Source: Blepharisma stoltei ATCC 30299
Lineage: Eukaryota > Protista > Ciliophora
Length of the DNA stretch: 64,000 bases
Assembly (NCBI GenBank): GCA_965603825.1
Contig: CBFDEM010000032.1
Coordinates: forward strand, 434,001 to 498,000
Direction: 5' to 3'
Position numbers and translations under genes: made by a program. Below the pieces are notes generated by a model, which ran no database searches, was not told the origin of the DNA, and saw only the letters and a program-made list of their open reading frames with translations. Each line of letters opens with the position of its first letter. Position 1 is the first letter of the stretch. Below, piece after piece: positions 62,101-64,000 of this stretch.

Positions 62101-63755
62101 CAAAAGAAATTAGAGATAACTTTGAAAACTACTTTGAAAGAGAAATAATAAATAGCCATATGAGTCCATCATCTGTGATAATTGACTATAAAAATAATTT
62201 TTGTGAATCTTTTGGAAATGGAGGCATCTCTGATATTCTTGATGAATTAAAAGGCATGTACAAGCCAGAGTATCCAAATTTAAGATTATTCAGATTAATA
62301 GACAAGCCTTCAGCAGAAGAAATGAAAAATTATTTTTTGTTTCACAACCCAAGCCAGCAATTCAATTTGCTAAGCATATATTTTAAAAATTATGAAGAAA
62401 TTAAAACTATTGAAAGCTTATACCCTATTATTGATTTAACGAATAGCCTTCTAGAAATTTACAATCACAAAATTGCTAGAGACCAAGCAAGAAACTTGAC
62501 TATCAAAGATGCAATATTTGCGAATGAAAGCATTAAAGAAAAGTTCAGAAAATTTAAGCAGGCATGGAAAAGTAAAGGAATTGATGAGCTTTACTATGAA
62601 TGCAAAAGACTTGAATCAATTGAGTTTGAAGACGAGAACTCACCATTATCATATTTCCTAGTGGACAACAAAGAGGTTGGAGGAGGAATGTATATGGCTG
62701 CTGCGCTATTAGAACTAGCCTCACGCCATAATAAGTTATTAGGTCTAATGAAAGACGCTTTACCATCAAATCAGCCAAATAGCTTCCAAAGTTCTAGCAT
62801 TGAGATGCATCCAGTTCAAAATGCAATGAAAAATCATATACTTTCATGCGAATTAGATGACCCAGATATAATCAACAGCTCTTCAATAAATAACCCTCAA
62901 TATGGAAAAGGGAGGGAACTTATATATGATTTTGAAAAATTGCAGTCCTATTTAGCAAACTCTCTACTCACGAAGAAGTACCTTGACAAATCAAAACTTG
63001 GCCTAATTCAATATCAATTTGAGCTATTAAATATTCAAGATGAAAACTCAGGCTTAATATCAGAAATTCATAATTTGATATGCCAGCAGCCTTTTAGCAA
63101 GGAAACTGAAATCAAAGTAAAGCTGTTCTTTAAAGAATTAAAAGAAAAAGAGGAAAGAGGGTATCAAATCATAGTTAAAGAAATTTACTCTTCATTAGAT
63201 TACATACTTTGCTATCTTAAAAACTCCAAAGAAAACCCTGAGAAATCGATAAGTGATTTCTGCCAAAGACTGAATCAAGCCAAAATAAGTGAATTCATCA
63301 AAGGCCGTCATGCTTTAGCTGAGATAAGTCTATTTAATATTGTAGCTCTATATGAGCATATAGAATTTTGCTATTTCCCTTACATGAAAGACTTAATCCG
63401 TGCAGAGTTTCAGAAATCAGCCAACAAGGATGTCATTAAACATCAGCTGCATGGCTTGATTGAAGAGTGTGATGGACTTAGACTCCCAACTCGACTTCAG
63501 GCTCAAAACGCTTTGATGAGATTTATAATGAGATGCTTGACTGCTGAATTAAATCCCAATTTACCAATACAAATGTATATTCAAAAATCAGACTTTTGGG
63601 ATAAGTCAGTTTCCTATGAACAAATTCAGCTATTTGAAATGAGATTTTCAGAAAAGGTGAAGATCTCTCATTCATTGGCAACTTATGAGGAAATCATGAC
63701 TATTGGAGAAGAGCTTGAAAAAAGGGCAAGATTGATGGAATTTGAGAATAATTAA
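50121..63755 (+). CDS. Giant RNF213/mysterin-like AAA+ ATPase-E3 ligase, paralog B, about 4544 aa, no intron needed
   Basis: Single frame broken only by TGA (19 by my count). Same motif order as paralog A: SEMAGLGKTT, GETGCGKT (55881-55904), FFDEFNT, GKPGCSKT (56892-56915), FDEIGLAE and an RZ finger at 61581-61685. TAA stop. Confidence 0.9.
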
Positions 63756-64000
63756 TTCTTAGCTTAGCCTTATTAATAAATGGGATCTTTTAAATTAAAA
63801 AACCCTATTAATTAATTTAATTTTATTACCTTGAAATGTTATGTTTTAATTGCTATATGGCTGATATATCAATTGAATAGCTCGAGAAAAAAAATCGAGA
63901 AACAATTTAACTTCTAAAATAGCTTATTTTCATCAATATATATAATCTAATGTTGGAAAGATTAAAGAATAACAATTTGAGTTCAAGCTTCCCATTTATT

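Noticed and set aside
35517-63755. Reading the many adjacent ORF fragments as pseudogenes or as a prokaryotic operon/defence island
   Set aside because: All breaks are in-frame TGA, many aligning with Trp in the paralog. There are no frameshifts or TAA/TAG, and the neighbouring genes are eukaryotic with spliceosomal introns.
35517-63755. TGA as selenocysteine or cysteine
   Set aside because: TGA aligns with TGG and with conserved Trp motifs, not with Cys positions.
1-64000. tRNA/rRNA genes, telomeric arrays, transposases, CRISPR arrays
   Set aside because: None recognised by eye. Short ncRNAs cannot be excluded without a covariance-model search.

Overview
This is eukaryotic, AT-rich, very gene-dense DNA. 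It is most consistent with the macronuclear genome of a heterotrich ciliate such as Blepharisma. TGA is read as Trp, TAA/TAG are the only stops used, and genes carry 15-16 nt GT-AG introns, so the supplied standard-code ORF track fragments or misses many genes. Re-read with TGA=Trp, the window holds about 27 protein genes. Bases 1-35 kb are mainly housekeeping genes: START, vWA/Zn-finger, TraB-like, small Tim, thioredoxin-like, RMC1, TBL3/UTP13, ALG2, SPCS3, VPS53, CFAP97-like, LRR, HscB, FYVE, cullin-3, a 59-aa ELM2-motif microprotein, CCDC81-like, proteasome beta-4, retinoblastoma-related, CEP85-like and SAR1. Bases 35.5-63.8 kb hold two giant head-to-head paralogous open frames (about 4587 and 4544 aa) encoding RNF213/mysterin-like AAA+ ATPase E3 ligases. 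Both keep a variant RZ finger and show no recognisable RING. They are the most notable system here: a candidate ubiquitin-based intracellular antibacterial defence pair in a single-celled eukaryote. All assignments are by eye from motifs; no searches were run.
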